A stretch of 61,825 bases of DNA, the filler included, from Sluysia triapertura (lineage: Eukaryota), in NCBI GenBank assembly GCA_046118255.1. It is 5 parts of 5 records of this genome, joined end to end, with 100 filler letters (N's around TTAATTAATTAA, not from the genome) between each part and the next. Parts side by side here need not be neighbours in the genome. Positions count along the whole stretch, not along the records: positions 1 to 12,438 come from JBJNIA010109646.1; positions 12,539 to 25,956 come from JBJNIA010041134.1; 3 more parts are not named here. One strand, 5' to 3'. A model generated the notes under the pieces. The model did not search any database. It had not been told where the DNA came from and saw only the letters and a program-made list of their open reading frames with translations. Shown here one piece after another: positions 1 to 14,805 of this stretch. Position 1 is the stretch's first letter; the number at the start of each line of letters is the position of its first letter. A program made the translations under genes and the position numbers.

Positions 1-8
1 TAGTAGTA

Positions 9-9
<1 letters not shown>

Positions 10-77
<68 letters not shown>
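10..77 (+). repeat. (AAT)n microsatellite; others at about 3760-3805, 10152-10225, 35806-35857 and 44245-44295
   Basis: Directly visible trinucleotide runs. Confidence 0.97.
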
Positions 78-78
<1 letters not shown>

Positions 79-409
79 AAGAATAATGTTAAATATTACT
101 ATTCATTGCCTTTAAAAATTTTAAAAATTAAAGTATTATGTTACTAAAAATTAAAGAAATTATGTTTCATTATTATTAATATTAATATTAATATTATTAT
201 TGGAGTTTATTTGTATCCACGAATTTATTTGCACAATTAGAGTTATTTATTTACAAAACCATTTTTAAAAGTATATAAAGAACTGTCAGTCACTATATCT
301 GATGTTCCCTATTTGTAGCTTTTAATACGAACAATTATCACAATTATCATATAGCATTCACTCGCGAGACGTAGAAAAAATTGCATAAACGCATAAATTG
401 GATCAGAGT

Positions 410-790
410 TAGCCAACCGAATTGTAAGACAATATTATGACAAACTTTTATTAAACAATTTTACACAGCTAAAGATTTCCTGTGCTTTTTTCCCGAAATT
501 GTCACATTCCTACTTATTCTGCTTTTTTGCTTTGATAACCTGGAAAATAACAGCATCTTTCTCACCAACTTTCGGAATCGTTGGCTGAAATAAATTTACA
601 TTTAGATCTCAACTTGAATTTGGCTCATCTCGGAGCAAATCATCTGCAAGAATTTTTCAAAAAGATACGTTTAGATTGTAGTATCTTTTGAATTTTTTGT
701 CAGCGTATTAATCATAAGAAAAAATCGTAGCAGCACATCTTCGTGTTGCTCGCTTCACAGAATATCAATCTATAAGTTGATCTCTGGGCT
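410..790 (-). mobile_element. piggyBac transposase C-terminal remnant
   Basis: DQLID*YSVKRATRRCAATIF resembles the piggyBac DQ...YS.KR.T.RW motif; a degenerate Cys-rich tail follows (ECDNF.KKAQEIFSCVK). Confidence 0.6.
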
Positions 791-3758
791 AGTTGTACAA
801 TCCATGTGTTGTAGAATTAGTGTCTATTTTGACTATTTAGTGTCTATCTGATAATTTTTAAAAATTTATTATTTATAAATGTATTTGAAGTTGTAGTTTG
901 CATTTTATTTCAGCAATTAAAATGGAACCATTTTTAGGGAATTGGTGAAGTTTTGAATTTCTTTTAAAGATATGAAGTTAAATTATTATTTAATTTGTAA
1001 TTCATTTTAAATATTATAATTTAGATATTCTTCTACTATATTCATTCACATAAGTATATAGAAGAAACGCATTGGAGAAGTGCTATATTATCTGTTTGCA
1101 TAAATGTAGTTCGAATTTTTCGAGATTTTTCATTTTTTATCTCGGTTCGTTTTTAAGATTCTTTATATTTATAATTATTACTCATAATTTTACTGATACT
1201 TTTAATTATATTTATATCTTTCCTCTTATAATACTACTTTATTAGGATTTCAAGTAGTGGTTTCCAAACTTTTGTTCATGAATTCACTATTACTAACTAG
1301 TTGGTTGATTCTGATTAGACATGATGTGAGATTATTTATGTTTGTTCAATGAGCACTGCTTTACAGTCAGTTACGTGATGAGGCTTCTAACTGCATTGAT
1401 TTCTCTTTATAGTGAATACAATGGCGTTAAGATAATTAACACTAAAAGTACCACGACCGGTTACATGAAAATCTTTAGTTTTTACTTTAAAAAATACTAT
1501 GAAATTGTATTGTTTTTTACCGTTTTATGAAACGGCTTTTAATTTTATATATAAACTAATCAATATACATTAAAAAATTATATAATAATCTGATGACGGT
1601 GAAGATATGAATAAGTACATCAAACCTTCGCACGCTTAGTGTTAATAGCTTCTGAAGAATATGCGTAATTAGGGCATCTTGCATACTCGCTCGCGCTTAA
1701 TTAGATTTGGTATAGATCGATCCAGATTTCCTTTCATCATCCGATAATTAATAACTTTCATCTAATTCAACATCAGAGTTATAATTTTTAACTTAATGTT
1801 GTATCTTTGCCATTAGCTGTTTCGTTATAGTCATAACGTTGATTGGTTTTTGATGATAGAATGTTTCAAATGTAAAACGACAATAGGGAATTAAAATTTG
1901 TGTCATACGAAAATTATGTTTTGAGATGATATGAAATTTCATCATAATTTAGTTTTAGATATGAAAGTTAATTTGAATTGTAATATGAGATTTTATAGTG
2001 TTACTTCTGAGAAAAGCTGTTGAGTAGTGTGACTAAAATTTTGTTTATTGTTGTGTAAACAATAGAAGTACTAGGTTGGACCACCAGGACCTAATTTAAA
2101 TTTCGTATAAAGTCAGAGTATGAAGAAAAGAAATTGAAGACAATGTCTTTGGATATGTGGTTCGATCAAAAGACCTAGGAGTAGAAAGGCTAGCAAAAAA
2201 GAGGAAAAAATTACGAACGTAATTTTCATAAGAGTTATAGTGATAGCATTGGTAAAACAGTAAGCGCATAAATCAAAATCTTGCTAAACAATCATAAACA
2301 TTTCAAAAACTAACACATTAATACCAGTTATTAAACAAGTTATTTAATACGATATATCTGCCCGTCTCTATTTAAATTACAGAACGCTTTGCTATTGAGT
2401 TAGATAACTTATCACATTTCAATAAGGGTATTTGCATAGTGCAGTAATTAGATATTTTTCAGAAATTTTACATTAGAATTTGTTTTTTAACAATTGACGA
2501 TATTTTCAATAGGATTAATATCTGGTAAATTTGGAAATCAACTTTCCGAAGTTTGAATTCCAGTTTCAGCAAAATAGATCGAATTAGTATATAAAACCAT
2601 TGTGTCAAAAATAGACTTTGCTAATCTCAGAAAATAACGGCTCTTTTACTACAAATGTCTCAGGATATGTCTTTTTAATTCTAGTTTCTTTAATCTTCCT
2701 AACGATTAGCAAGTTATATTTTCCTAAATTAATTTGGCTATGCATATACATAAAATTTTAATTATAATTTTAAATCTAGGTGAATATAGCTTTCAAATAA
2801 ATTTATGTACTACATTTATTTAAGTTAGTGTTATGAAAATACAGTAAGATTGTTTTGAATATACACTAAGAGATATATTGGCCATATTGTTAATTAATTT
2901 AATGTAATTAAAATGTAAAATACTTGGTTAAATTATTAGTATAATTTGTCTGAATTTAGATTCAATTTACACTTTGAAGTAGAGATTCTATCTGTCCTGA
3001 TCTTAGGATGAAAGTGAATAATTAAACTCTAAAACTAAGGTCTGTTATAAATACTAAAACAATAAAAATTATCAAGAATTTCATAAGGATCCAATCCACT
3101 TGTGTGGAATATTAATATTAATTTTTATTTTAAATGTAAATATTTTTAAATATTTTAGATTAAATACTCATAATGGATAATGTATTTGTTTAATTTAATG
3201 TAAGTAAACACATCTTCGATTATACCAAGTAAAATATATCTTAAATATTTTTACAATGTTTAAGGTTATAACCTTTAAAAAATAGACTTTAAATAAATTT
3301 TAACATAGTAAAAACAATAAATTAACATTTCCAATAAAATTAAATTCAAATAAAATTTAATTATCAATTTATATTTATTACGAACTAACAGTTGTCGTAT
3401 TAATTTATTTACATTATCATATTTTGGTAGTTTCGGCGATTCATTTTGCATTTTCACAATAATACTGAATAAGCGGCAAATGATCCTCTAAATCAATTTT
3501 ATACATTTTTTTGAATTCTAAAACAAATTCGGAAGTAATATAAAAAAAAGAAAAGGAATTTAAACTCGATCTTAAACAAATTTACTAATCAGTTATAAAA
3601 TTAATTACTTTTCAGTAATTAACCTACAAATTATATTATTATACTGTTGTAACTATTAGACCGACTTATTCGAAAAAATGATGAAATTTATATTGGAATT
3701 ACCCAAACCAATTTATCGTAATACGATTTTGGCAGAAGCATTAACTATATACATGTTA

Positions 3759-3806
<48 letters not shown>

Positions 3807-4954
3807 TCAGTTGCCATAGTAACAATTATAGTTATGATCAACAATACCACCTGCTTCAACAGCTCATTAAACCAATTCATGATTTTCTTAAATCTATAGA
3901 GTCACTAGTCGAATTAGAACATGTATTTATATCGTATTTTAAAATGGACGTTTCTCAACCACATAATTTAAAAAGTCGAGAATATCCAAATGCTGAAACA
4001 GTAGAATGTCGTGATTCGTTATTGGGTGCTACTACCACTATAGTAAATATGATTAAGCGCATTGACACAGCTGAAGTTAGTTTGATATTTTTATTTACTA
4101 CATTTACGATAACTAAAAATAAATGACAAAAACAACTAAGATATCGCATGACATTGACGCTTTATCCTCTATGCTAAGAAGAAATAGATTTGAAATTAAT
4201 GTTTTAGTAATTATTTTAAAATATGCGAAAAAATAGAAATGCTATCTTTTAAAGTTTTTAAATTTTTAATGGACATTAAAACAATATTTTCCAATCACAG
4301 ACTTGTAGAACATTACGGGTAATATTGGGACGTTCAATATTTGAAGAAGCCTTTATTGACTTATATAATTGTATTATGCACTGTGATGTAAATAATCAGT
4401 CAAATGATGAATCAGTTTTTAAAATATATAGTATTTTTATATTTAATAGATTTTTATAGATACTTTTTTGACATTTTAAAATGTCTCATTCAATTGGAGT
4501 TACAACTTATGATAAACGTAAATAAAAATGTAGGACAATGCAAAACATTGTCTATAAAAACTACAGAAAGAATGCTGTAAAAATTAACAGAAATTTATAA
4601 TATGGCAAAAATGTACTTTTCAAGAAACAATAATATAATTATCGGTTAATAGTTTTTTAGAAATAAAAATTGAACGTAGCAAATGTTGGCATGAATTATT
4701 TCTAAGTAGTGTATAAAAGGAATAATAGAATAATAAAAATAATAGATCGAAATGAAAAATTATGAATGTTCTGAAGTATTGATATTAATTTGTACGAATT
4801 TTTTGAGTTGATTTACCTGTCATTTAATTGCTGTGTTGAAAGTATTACTTTGCCATGCGAAGATGTAATCAATCATTAAAATGTGTTATCATTTCAAGAT
4901 CAAAATGAGAGTTTTATAAGTAATATCAGAAAATAAAAAATTATTTAATTATCC

Positions 4955-5480
4955 AATTATTTTGGGAAGTTTAGATGAACAAATCCAGATTGATAAAACG
5001 GAAGACCTATAAGTAAACAATTCTGGGCTTTGATAATTGTTTATATAAGCTATTCTCCATGGATTTGTTACGCTTCTTTGATCTTGGACTAATCAATTGT
5101 ATGAATCAACTATTCATACAAACCAGACGAAAGTATACCATAAGTTAAAGAATAATTTGATATACAAATAAGTTGTTCTCATAAATACAATTTGGAGCCA
5201 TTAAGCCGCGATGATTGGGGTCGAAACTGTTTAAATGCGGCTTAAATATTACAATAAATAATGAAAAAATAAATATTTTTTGATCACAATACTTTCTCAC
5301 GCGTTGACCCACGAGTCGCCATTTTCAAAGTAACCATTTTAATAATGATATAATAACTCATGCAACAGTTGGGAGTTATAAAATTTAGGCATTAATAAAT
5401 TCATGGGCTAGTTCCTGAGGCAGTTGAAAATTTTATAAACGTAATTAAATGGAGGCTAACAACAAAAAATGGGTTACAAA
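4955..5480 (+). mobile_element. Merlin (IS1595/ISXO2-like DDE) transposase remnant
   Basis: Ordered decayed motifs GSLDEQIQIDKT (cf. VQIDES), QFWALIIV, STIHTNQTKVYHKL (cf. IHTDEW.AY), SHKYN and GVE/AVENF. Confidence 0.55.
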
Positions 5481-8400
5481 AAGTAGTAAACTTAATTATA
5501 ATTTTTCTACATTAGGTTATTTCTGGACTGTATTTTTACATTGTAAACAGCATTTAGAGGCTATTCTACTTTTGTCACATTATTGATACTATTGTGTTAT
5601 TTTTTTAATTTTATTTCAAAATACCTTTGAAAATTTTTTTAGTTATTATAATCTACTATTTATAAAGAATAGATAAAATATTAATTATATTTTATTCCTA
5701 TAATTAAGGAATTTGAGAGAAATACTGTTAACACTACTAATTTTACTGGCTCTTCAACTGATCAAAATTTACAAAATTGTATTTCACTTTCTGAATCTAT
5801 TTTATTACCAATATTTTCAATATTGATGAATTTATCAAGGTTAACTTTTATTATTTTTTATATATTTTTAAACGAATATTTATCCAAAATAATCAATTTT
5901 ACATTGTTTTGTTTTCGATGAATGCAATTTTAATAGTGTCTTGATTTACTACATGTATGGGTGGTCATAAGTTCACTTTAATTTACGGCCTTTTGAAAGC
6001 AATAAATTAAACAAAATAAATAAGGTTGAATTTTATTTTGAGAATAAAAATTGTAAAAATATAAATAAAATGATAAATTACCATGGTTACTAATTTTATC
6101 TGCACGATCATCAGTGGTAACTGGATTTGAATTTGTTGTAGCTAATAGAGTGTCTTTATTAAATGTATTAATTGACTTCAATTTATCTTAACCAGTTATT
6201 GCTAATGTTATTAAATGTTTAACTTTATATTTTGTAGGATTCAGTGCTTTACAAATATATTGTAGCATATCTAGTAGACTTAAATATATCTACCTTTGTA
6301 AATATCAAAAGACGTTCAAACATATAATATTCATTTCTATAAAAACAAGCAACGTTTTCAGTAAATTGCAATTTACAAAATCAGTAATATTCTATTTTTA
6401 TTTATGAGATAAAAATGTCTCTAGCCATAATAAACTTGCAGCAAATAATATGGATCCTTATGATATGAGAAAAATACTTATTAGTAAATTAAAACTAAGA
6501 CTGACCATACAAAACAAATGAAAATCTACTTGAAAAACATATCAATAATTCTAATTATTTTATAGAGCACATATCTTCCTATGTCTTGCATAATAGCACA
6601 ATAATAATTGCAAAATAACTTCTAATATTATTATAATCTAGAAGTAAATAAAACGTTTTTATTATGAAAAGCGATAAAATTGTCGATATCGTTCGAGAAG
6701 CATTATCAGCAGCATTAGCAGCATGTAAATCACATCATTTACATGTGATTTTTAAAAATAACTATGATTAACTATGTTATGACTCATTTATTATGACTCA
6801 TTTTAATAAATTATTAACAACATTTTTATTTTTAATTTTTCATATGTTGCTATTTTTCAAAAATATAATAAATTGATTTTCAATTAGATCAAAATGTAAT
6901 TTTAAATTTTAAAAAATATATTTGTAGAATCGAAAGTTTGGTTACAATGATGCTACCTTTTCTTAACTGTTTTTAAATTATATTTGCATTAAATTATATT
7001 TTATAATAAAATTGTATTTAAATTATATTCAGAACTGTAAATAAAACATGGAGCAGTGTACATCTTCATAGAGATTTTATGAATATTAATAAAATACCCA
7101 AGTATTACGTGGAAACTGTTGTTTGTAAGAAAAGTAACAGTGCCAAAAGTCGAAAAGATTTTACAGCTGTTAGTATTATACTGAATTGTAATCAAATTTA
7201 TAAAATAAAAATTATAGGTAAAGTTTAATTTTTAAATAACTTATACTTTTATTATATCACTGTGGTATTCTGAATTGCTTTATCCGTTGGTAAAAATTAA
7301 TTTAATAATTTTTTGAATTTTAGAGCATTTTTTGTATATTTATCCAGAAAAATCATTCTTAAGTAAAGAATATAGCAGGACTTGAACCTATCCTTCGATG
7401 AGGTATTACACTATTGTTAATAAATAATACTGCTGAGTAGACACGCAACACGTTTGTGACGCCGGGATGATAGGTCGCTGGTAGCGAACGTGTTTGTTTC
7501 AAATTTTGACAAACAAATTTACGTTTAATCATTCATTCAGATATTGACACAACTTTTTCATGTCAACTTGTCTTAACGTTGTACAGTTCTTTATTTAGAC
7601 GACTCAAGCGGCGTTTTTTGGTTTTCTAAAGGATTTACATAATTTTTCATATCTAAATATTTGTTAGAATTATATATAATTTAATTATATAGAGTAGCTT
7701 TACATAGTTTAAATTTACTTTTATGGTTTCTTTGTCATGATTATGCAATAAGTAGTAATATAATGCTTTTAACTTCCACTTTTTCAGGTTATTTTATTTA
7801 TTTTAATTTAAATCTAATAAAGGTTTTAGATGCAAACAAAAAAATGTCAATGACTTCAAAAAAGAATAAATAATTTTAACCTTGCATTTTAATTTTGATT
7901 TTAAAATATCTAATGATATTGATATTTCATCTACTTCATTTAAGACTTATTGTTAAATTGCTTTTTTAAACTTTAAGTTTTATATCGGTTGATAAATCTT
8001 ACGTTAATTACTTTTTACTTTTACAGTTTTATATGCATTTTTTAGTAATAATTAATTCTACATTAATTTCATTCAAAATATTTCTATCAAAATATTTTGA
8101 TTGAAAGATATTGCATTCTCGGATGAAACAGTTAAGCTTTTTCTCATAAATTAATTCCTTCTTTGAATCTGCTTCAATTAATTTAATTTTATTAAAATTA
8201 TACTTAAAATTTATATTAAGTATATTTTAGGTTGATTATTACCTTGAAACAATGCAGCATTCTTTATCACTATTGTCTGATAATATTTGGTCATTATTGG
8301 GCAATTGTTGTAAAATAATTGGTCGTAACTTCTACAACATACCACAATTGACTCATATAATCATTAATTATGTATTGGTAGATTTTGAATCTTTTCCTAG

Positions 8401-9297
8401 TTACAAAGTGCGAGAAGTAATAAGTAAGTGATTAAATTGGTTTATTTTAATTTTGTGTACATGGAGAGCTTATTTTTAAAATTTATTAAAATATTGAAAA
8501 AGATTGTAAATGTTTTAAGAAAATATACCAGAACATATCGTTAAGAACATAAAAAGAAGTACGATTATGTTTGAATGATTGTCAAAAAGCATTAACTGAA
8601 AATCAAAAATGGATATGTAATAATATTTATTTTTATATATTCTTTTATATACAATCATTTAGTAGTTATGCGCTAGTTTGTATTAGTATTCTCATTTTTA
8701 TTTTTTGTATTTCGTTTTCCGGTATTGTTGATTAAATGTGGAAAGTTTCACTCCGTGCTTGTTGCATTCTATTTTTTGTTAATTTCTGAAATGAAATACA
8801 ATTGTGAAATATTTCTTTCTTGATATTTCTTACTAAGATGTTTTAGTTTTATTTTATTAAGATTTATTATGATTATTTTTACAATATTATGCATTTATTT
8901 GTGTTTGTTTTAAACCTTATTTTATTTTGAATAAAATAAATCAAACAAAATATATTTATTAATAGTAGATACATGAAACTTTAAAATAAATATTTCTTAG
9001 CTTGAATGGTTTGCAAGCTACGTTTAAAAAGATGTATGTTAAGTGATAGCTCACAGATTTAATAAGTTTACAGGTACAACTGGAAACATAGATTTTTAAA
9101 TGTGATATACCTTAAAAAGGTACTGTAGACTAAGATAAAGTGCCTGTTTTCACAGTATTAAAAGATTTATTGAATTACATTTCAGGACTATTCCTGAAAT
9201 ATTGACATTCCTGAAATTTATTTTATGATAAATAGCACATTTTGTAAAATAATGGCTGAAATCGACTAAGGAAAAAATAGAACTATGAAATGCAAGT

Positions 9298-9525
9298 TTA
9301 ACCCTTTGAGTGCCAACAAGCGCGATCGCGCTCCTCGCTACTTTAGCCGAAAGTGCCAGGAGCGCGATCGCGCTTGTTCGTTATTTATAAAATTTATTTT
9401 ATGATTTTGTAATACTTTTCGTAATAAAATGCTTAGAAAATTATTTTTTTAATTTTCATTTTTGTGCAGCATCCTGGCACTTTTAGATAATTCTCTAAAA
9501 ATCATGTTGGCACTCAAAGGGTTAA
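9298..9525. mobile_element. piggyBac-type MITE
   Basis: TTAA on both sides, perfect 17-bp TIR CCCTTTGAGTGCCAACA, and two internal copies of palindrome AGCGCGATCGCGCT. Confidence 0.9.
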
Positions 9526-10171
9526 TGTAAATGGTAAACCTAAAAATCTACAAGTCATAAGATTGTTTAATTAAGATGATAAAATATTAATAAAAAACAA
9601 AGTTGCTTTCAGTATAATAGAAATCATATATAAAAACCTATATAAAACTTATATAAAAACCATGATGAAAACATGGTGATTACCAATGTCGATTGGGTAA
9701 ACGTGTTTTTATTTTAGGGAAAATGAGAAAATATGTTAAAAAATAACTTGGAAATTAATTTAAATTAATAAATTAATTTAAATAATTAAAATTAAATTAA
9801 TTATGAATAGGACAAGTTATAATGCAATATTATTTATTCATTGTATGTATTTAATCGCATGGAACGATTAGCACGAATATAACGATTTCACACGCGGAGT
9901 TATAAAAAAATAAATAATATTTTATTTGATCAATTTTTTTAAAGCATAATAAAATTATTCTAAAAATATTTTCATAAACTGAGTACGTCTCAAAAGCTTA
10001 GTGAATTATTTAAAATTTACTAAATGAATTTAGAACATTGTTTATTTTGTTATTTTTTACAAATAAATTTTTAATATATTGTTAAATTTACAAAAATTAA
10101 TAAATTTAAAAAAGAAATTTTATTTCAAAAATGTTTATAATTTTATACAAAAGAAGATTATTTTCAATTCA

Positions 10172-10225
<54 letters not shown>

Positions 10226-10963
10226 CATTCCTTTATTCCTACCACAAAGAAATCCAAATTGAAATTTTGTACTTGTTTTAATTTTCTATAGATTTCAATT
10301 CTTATAATCATTTATACATGAAGGTTTTTAAATTTTTGTTTTGCATATTTATTTTATTATTTTATTAATTATTATTAATACTTATGAAACAGTTGAATCA
10401 TATAACATAACATTTAGTTTTATTTGAAATAAGCAGAAGTTATAATAATTGTTTTCGTATACTGAAGTTTAACCGAAATTCAAAGTTATGTCGATTAAAT
10501 ATTTTAGGGTAGGAAAGCAAAGCATAAACTGCACGTGTAAATGCTGCTTACATTCAATATTATTATTTGATAATTATAATTAATTTTATATTTTACTGTA
10601 TACATAATTATTTTGTATATAAATTGAATTATGAATTTATAATGATTATTTAATTTAACAAATGTATTTATATTGACTGCCAGATTAAACATTTATTGTT
10701 ATTTGAATACAAAAGAATTTCCATGTTTCATTTGTTAGGAAAAGTTTTAGAGGAAATTATTATCAATGTGTATGTAAACATTATATTGAAGGAAATGCGA
10801 ATTTTGTGAGAATAATTTTATAGAAATAATTTAATCATAAGTTAACAAATATAGCTCATCTTAGTAAGATACACACCACTACATGAGCAGCACTAAATGA
10901 ATGTGTTAGAATAAATAAATTGTGGATAGATCAATATTATAGAGAAAAATTCATTAAAATATG

Positions 10964-11315
10964 CAGTAAACTCCGGATTATCTGTGGATAATATTCAGAA
11001 AATGAATATGTCAACCAGTGTCAAAGAAATTAAGAATAGGACAAAGCACCGTACACCTACCTCAATAAATTCTCAAACCAGTCTTTCAGTGTTCACGATG
11101 TTTGTACAAAACGGGGAGTTCCCGCTAGTGTACCTCAAAAGGACTGCCACAGAATGCAGTACTGTTATTAGATAATGGTCCTTGTCATCCAAATGAAAGC
11201 ATACTGAAAATAGACGATGGCCTTGTAGTTGCAAAATTTTTACCATCTAATGTAACATCTTTTATTCAACCTATGGATCAAGGAGTTATATCTTTAATGA
11301 AACGCCCTTATGGCA
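10964..11315 (+). mobile_element. pogo/Tigger (Jerky-like DDE_1) transposase remnant with TIR-like start
   Basis: Frame from 11135 reads [59 protein letters not shown]; CAGTAAACTCCGGATTATC at 10964 is TIR-like. Confidence 0.85.
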
Positions 11316-11949
11316 ATGACTTTAATTTTATTTTTCAACTCTTATTAAAAAATTTCAATTATGTTTTTAAGTAAAATTTTTCGATCTTGTAGTAAAAAGA
11401 TACTTAAAAAATTAAACTAACGAATAGAGCTATTAGGGAAAATCCTCAATCCGGTAATAAGCAAGAATCTCCTGCGAAGCGTGTCTTTATAATATTGATT
11501 GATCAAAGAATTTCTTTCCAAATAATAATTGATCCAACAATTTTTACCAAGTATAAAACAATGTTAAAACTTCACGTTTATGTTTGATTATTATTGTGTT
11601 TTGTGTGTTTTCAACGTTGTATTTATAGTAAAGGTCTAGTGACCTTGAAGCATAAAGAAAAACAATTTAGATTTATGAAACAAAGAAAAACAATAGGAAT
11701 TTAAATTTAATTATTATTTTATAATATTAATTTACTATAATAATAATAATACCAAAATTAATCGATTATTTTAGAAATTATAATTTTACATAATTACACA
11801 GCTGAAATTAGTTTTAGTAATACACAATTTAAAATTGTTTAGAAATTGTAAATCGATAATTATTAGAAACACAATTACATAAATTCGGTTACATTACTAA
11901 AATTATTTGTAGAAACTACAAAATTTGATCTTTAATCTCTGACAGGTAA

Positions 11950-12205
11950 ATCATTCATCATATTTCTGAAACAGAAAGAACTTTTTCTTAAATATTACAT
12001 AATCCAGTTATTTGACATTCTTTGGTAACTGCTTGAATATTTTTGAGTCATAAACGGTGTACAACCTAGCTTGTTATCATTGAGAATTCGGTATAGATTA
12101 TCATGCCTCAATGAAATATTCATATTGGTTTCCAATTTTCGTATTTCTAAAAGATACTCAGGACTTCCGTAATGTAAGCATGATTTTGAATTCTATTCTT
12201 TCTTT
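11950..12205 (-). repeat. Dispersed repeat, second copy at about 30655-30900 (LINE 3'-end-like)
   Basis: Shared blocks ATATTTCTGAAA.AGAAAGAACT, CAATGAAATATTCAT and CAGGACTTCCGTAATGTAAGCA on different contigs. Confidence 0.8.
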
Positions 12206-12438
12206 TATGATAATTCTAAATTTTATGACAATTCAAATAAAATAGCAATAAAATTCAAGTAATACCGAACTAAAGTACCAATAAAATTTATTTAAAAATT
12301 TATTTGTAGAAATTTATGCTCAATTTAAAAATAAAAATTTTTTTACAAAATATTTTAATTTTACAAACTATTAAATTTATTAAAACAATAATTATTTTTA
12401 TACAATTATTCAGGTAATCATTGAAAATAATGATAGTA

Positions 12439-12538
12439 NNNNNNNNNNNNNNNNNNNNNNNNNNNNNNNNNNNNNNNNNNNNTTAATTAATTAANNNNNN
12501 NNNNNNNNNNNNNNNNNNNNNNNNNNNNNNNNNNNNNN
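12439..12538. other. Artificial contig spacer; identical spacers at 25957-26056, 37070-37169 and 48139-48238
   Basis: N44-TTAATTAATTAA-N44 (six-frame stop linker) occurs four times. Confidence 0.97.
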
Positions 12539-14557
12539 AGATAAACATAATTTGTATACTTATAAGCTATAGAAGTGCCAACTAATAGTTATAAGACGCT
12601 TACTATAGCCGGACCCTGCTTAATTTTATTTTGCCGTATTTTAAGAAAACCACAGCATTTTAAAGGTTTTCCAAACCAATATCACACTTCTACAATGTCA
12701 ACACCTTATAAAAGTCTTTGGAACTCTAAGGTATTCTTCAGCTGTTAACATTACTACAAATGTTTTCATCATTATCATTCTTACTCCAAAAATATTTATA
12801 ATGTTCTATCAATTCTCCACATACTTTGCAATTCCATATATTTCTTATCCATGTCTTTTTCCGCAATTGGATAGTACATACATATATTTCATATACTATG
12901 TTGTTTGTATTTGTAATTTGTCAATAATCAAACTCAGGTTTTAGATGCGTTATTTTATTTAAGATATAAGGATTACGATCATTGTAAAAAAACATTAGAA
13001 AATACTAACTCCAGTAGGAGTAAGCATAAATTAATAAGTCTCGTGGGTTTTGCATAAGTCGATAATAAAACTATAAAATAAAATCTTTTGGGACTTTAAT
13101 TTTTTATAAATTATTGATTTTAAAAATTGATATTGCTCATCATTAAATCAGGGTTCAAATATATTAAAAAGGAATTTAAGCAATATTTTTAGATTTTACT
13201 CTTACGAGAAAATCTGCCTTAATAAAAATCAAACTTAGTAATATACAATATTTTTGTATAAAATGTTAGTCTCGAATAATTGTTTAATTTTGTCTGATAA
13301 ACTCAAAAATTGGCGTCTATTGATTAACTAAATTATTATTTTCTTTATAATTCAAGTGTAACCATAGATATCAGTTAACAGCCAATCAGAATATATGGAA
13401 TTTCTAGAAAATTATGTATTTTTAAAAATTTTAAGATTGTGGCTACAACCTAACAGTTAGCAAATGAATTCCATCATATATTGCCTCTGGCTTATTGATA
13501 GTAAAATTTCAATCTTATTTATTTTATTCACCTTACTCTATTTTTTACATACGGTCCTTTATGTGGAATATTATATAAATTAATTAGCTTCTTTCTTTTA
13601 TTTCTATGTAGCGATTTCACTTTACCCATTAAGTATAGAATCATAATATTCGTTATACAAGTTTTAAATGATTAATTTAATAATTTAAATTAATGTAATT
13701 GCATTTAAGTAGAATTTAAATTCAAATAGTCATTAATTACAAATAATAAATTAGCATAAAATTAATTAAAAAACTAAATATTTTAAAAATTGAAACAAAA
13801 ACAATTAAATTCGTTTGTATTATATTATCAAAACAGAAAATAAACAAAAAATATAAGCGAGTAAATAAAGAATCCAATAAAATTCATTGAGATATAAAAT
13901 ACAAAAATATCATTAGGCACTAAAATAAAGTTTATAATTAATAATACTAGTTTTTGAAGAATATTAAACAAATTTTTGGTTTAAACAAAAATTAACCTAT
14001 CATGAAAATAAATTGTTTCATAATTGGTAGATTAATTTATAAAATAAACAAATTAAAAGGCTAATAACGTGAAAAGAAATAATTAAAACCATTAAAGGAT
14101 TACATATAAACCATAATAATGTAAAAAAATATTATGTTATGTTTAAACATTATTCAAAGTAAAAAGTGTTACAAAATAGAATATTAATTGTACTTTGAAG
14201 CTACTATTTTTCTTACTAATTTATCTAAAACAATACTTATAATCTTTAAAAAGCTCATTATTATATTCCTACAGCAAAAAAACAAAATCCACATTTTATT
14301 TCGAAATTTATGATTGTATGAAATCCTAGAGATATGTACTGAAATATTGTTTTTGGAAATATAATGTAATTATTAACTCAAAATTATACATTTACACAAA
14401 ACTTAAAACTTTCCAAAGATAAACATAACTTTCAACTCAACGTAATTTGGAAAAAAACATGTGATCAACTGCTTATAATTCTCGCTATGTAGACCAGAAG
14501 AAATTGTTATTTTTCTTGTGTAATTAAAAATCAGCAAATTTATGTTAATGTATATAT

Positions 14558-14805
14558 CAGGGGTGGCCAGACTTTACTCCGCCAGGAGCCAAAATCATAG
14601 AAATCCAAAACTCCGGGATCCGCAAAAATACCAAAGAAAAATTTTTGTTAAAATCAGCATAGTAATTAAATTTAGTCTACACAAAATAAATAAATTTTTT
14701 TTTAATTTATTCAAAATTTGAAAACTTTTTACATGTATATTTTTATTAATGATAAAATTTCGGAATTTTTAAATCTTGGCAAGAGCCGCAGTTTGGCCAC
14801 CACTG
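14558..14805. mobile_element. hAT-type MITE
   Basis: TIRs CAGGGGTGGCCAGACT / AGTTTGGCCACCACTG with a perfect 8-bp target-site duplication GTATATAT. Confidence 0.9.

Noticed and set aside
3678-3899. ORFs with poly-Ile (here) and poly-Tyr (10079-10291)
   Set aside because: These are translations of (ATT)n microsatellites.
5201-5245. Hairpin TTAAGCCGC..GCGGCTTAA enclosing GATGA...GAAAC, reminiscent of a minimal hammerhead ribozyme
   Set aside because: The CUGAUGA core is incomplete, the stems do not abut the core, and the sequence is equally explained as Merlin transposase coding remnant.
7455-7485. TGTGACGCCGGGATGATAGGTCGCTGGT as a Helitron 3' end
   Set aside because: There is no clean hairpin or CTRR terminus and no second copy in the window.
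12439-12538. Recurrent TTAATTAATTAA palindrome between N runs
   Set aside because: It is an artificial six-frame-stop linker used to concatenate contigs, not biology.
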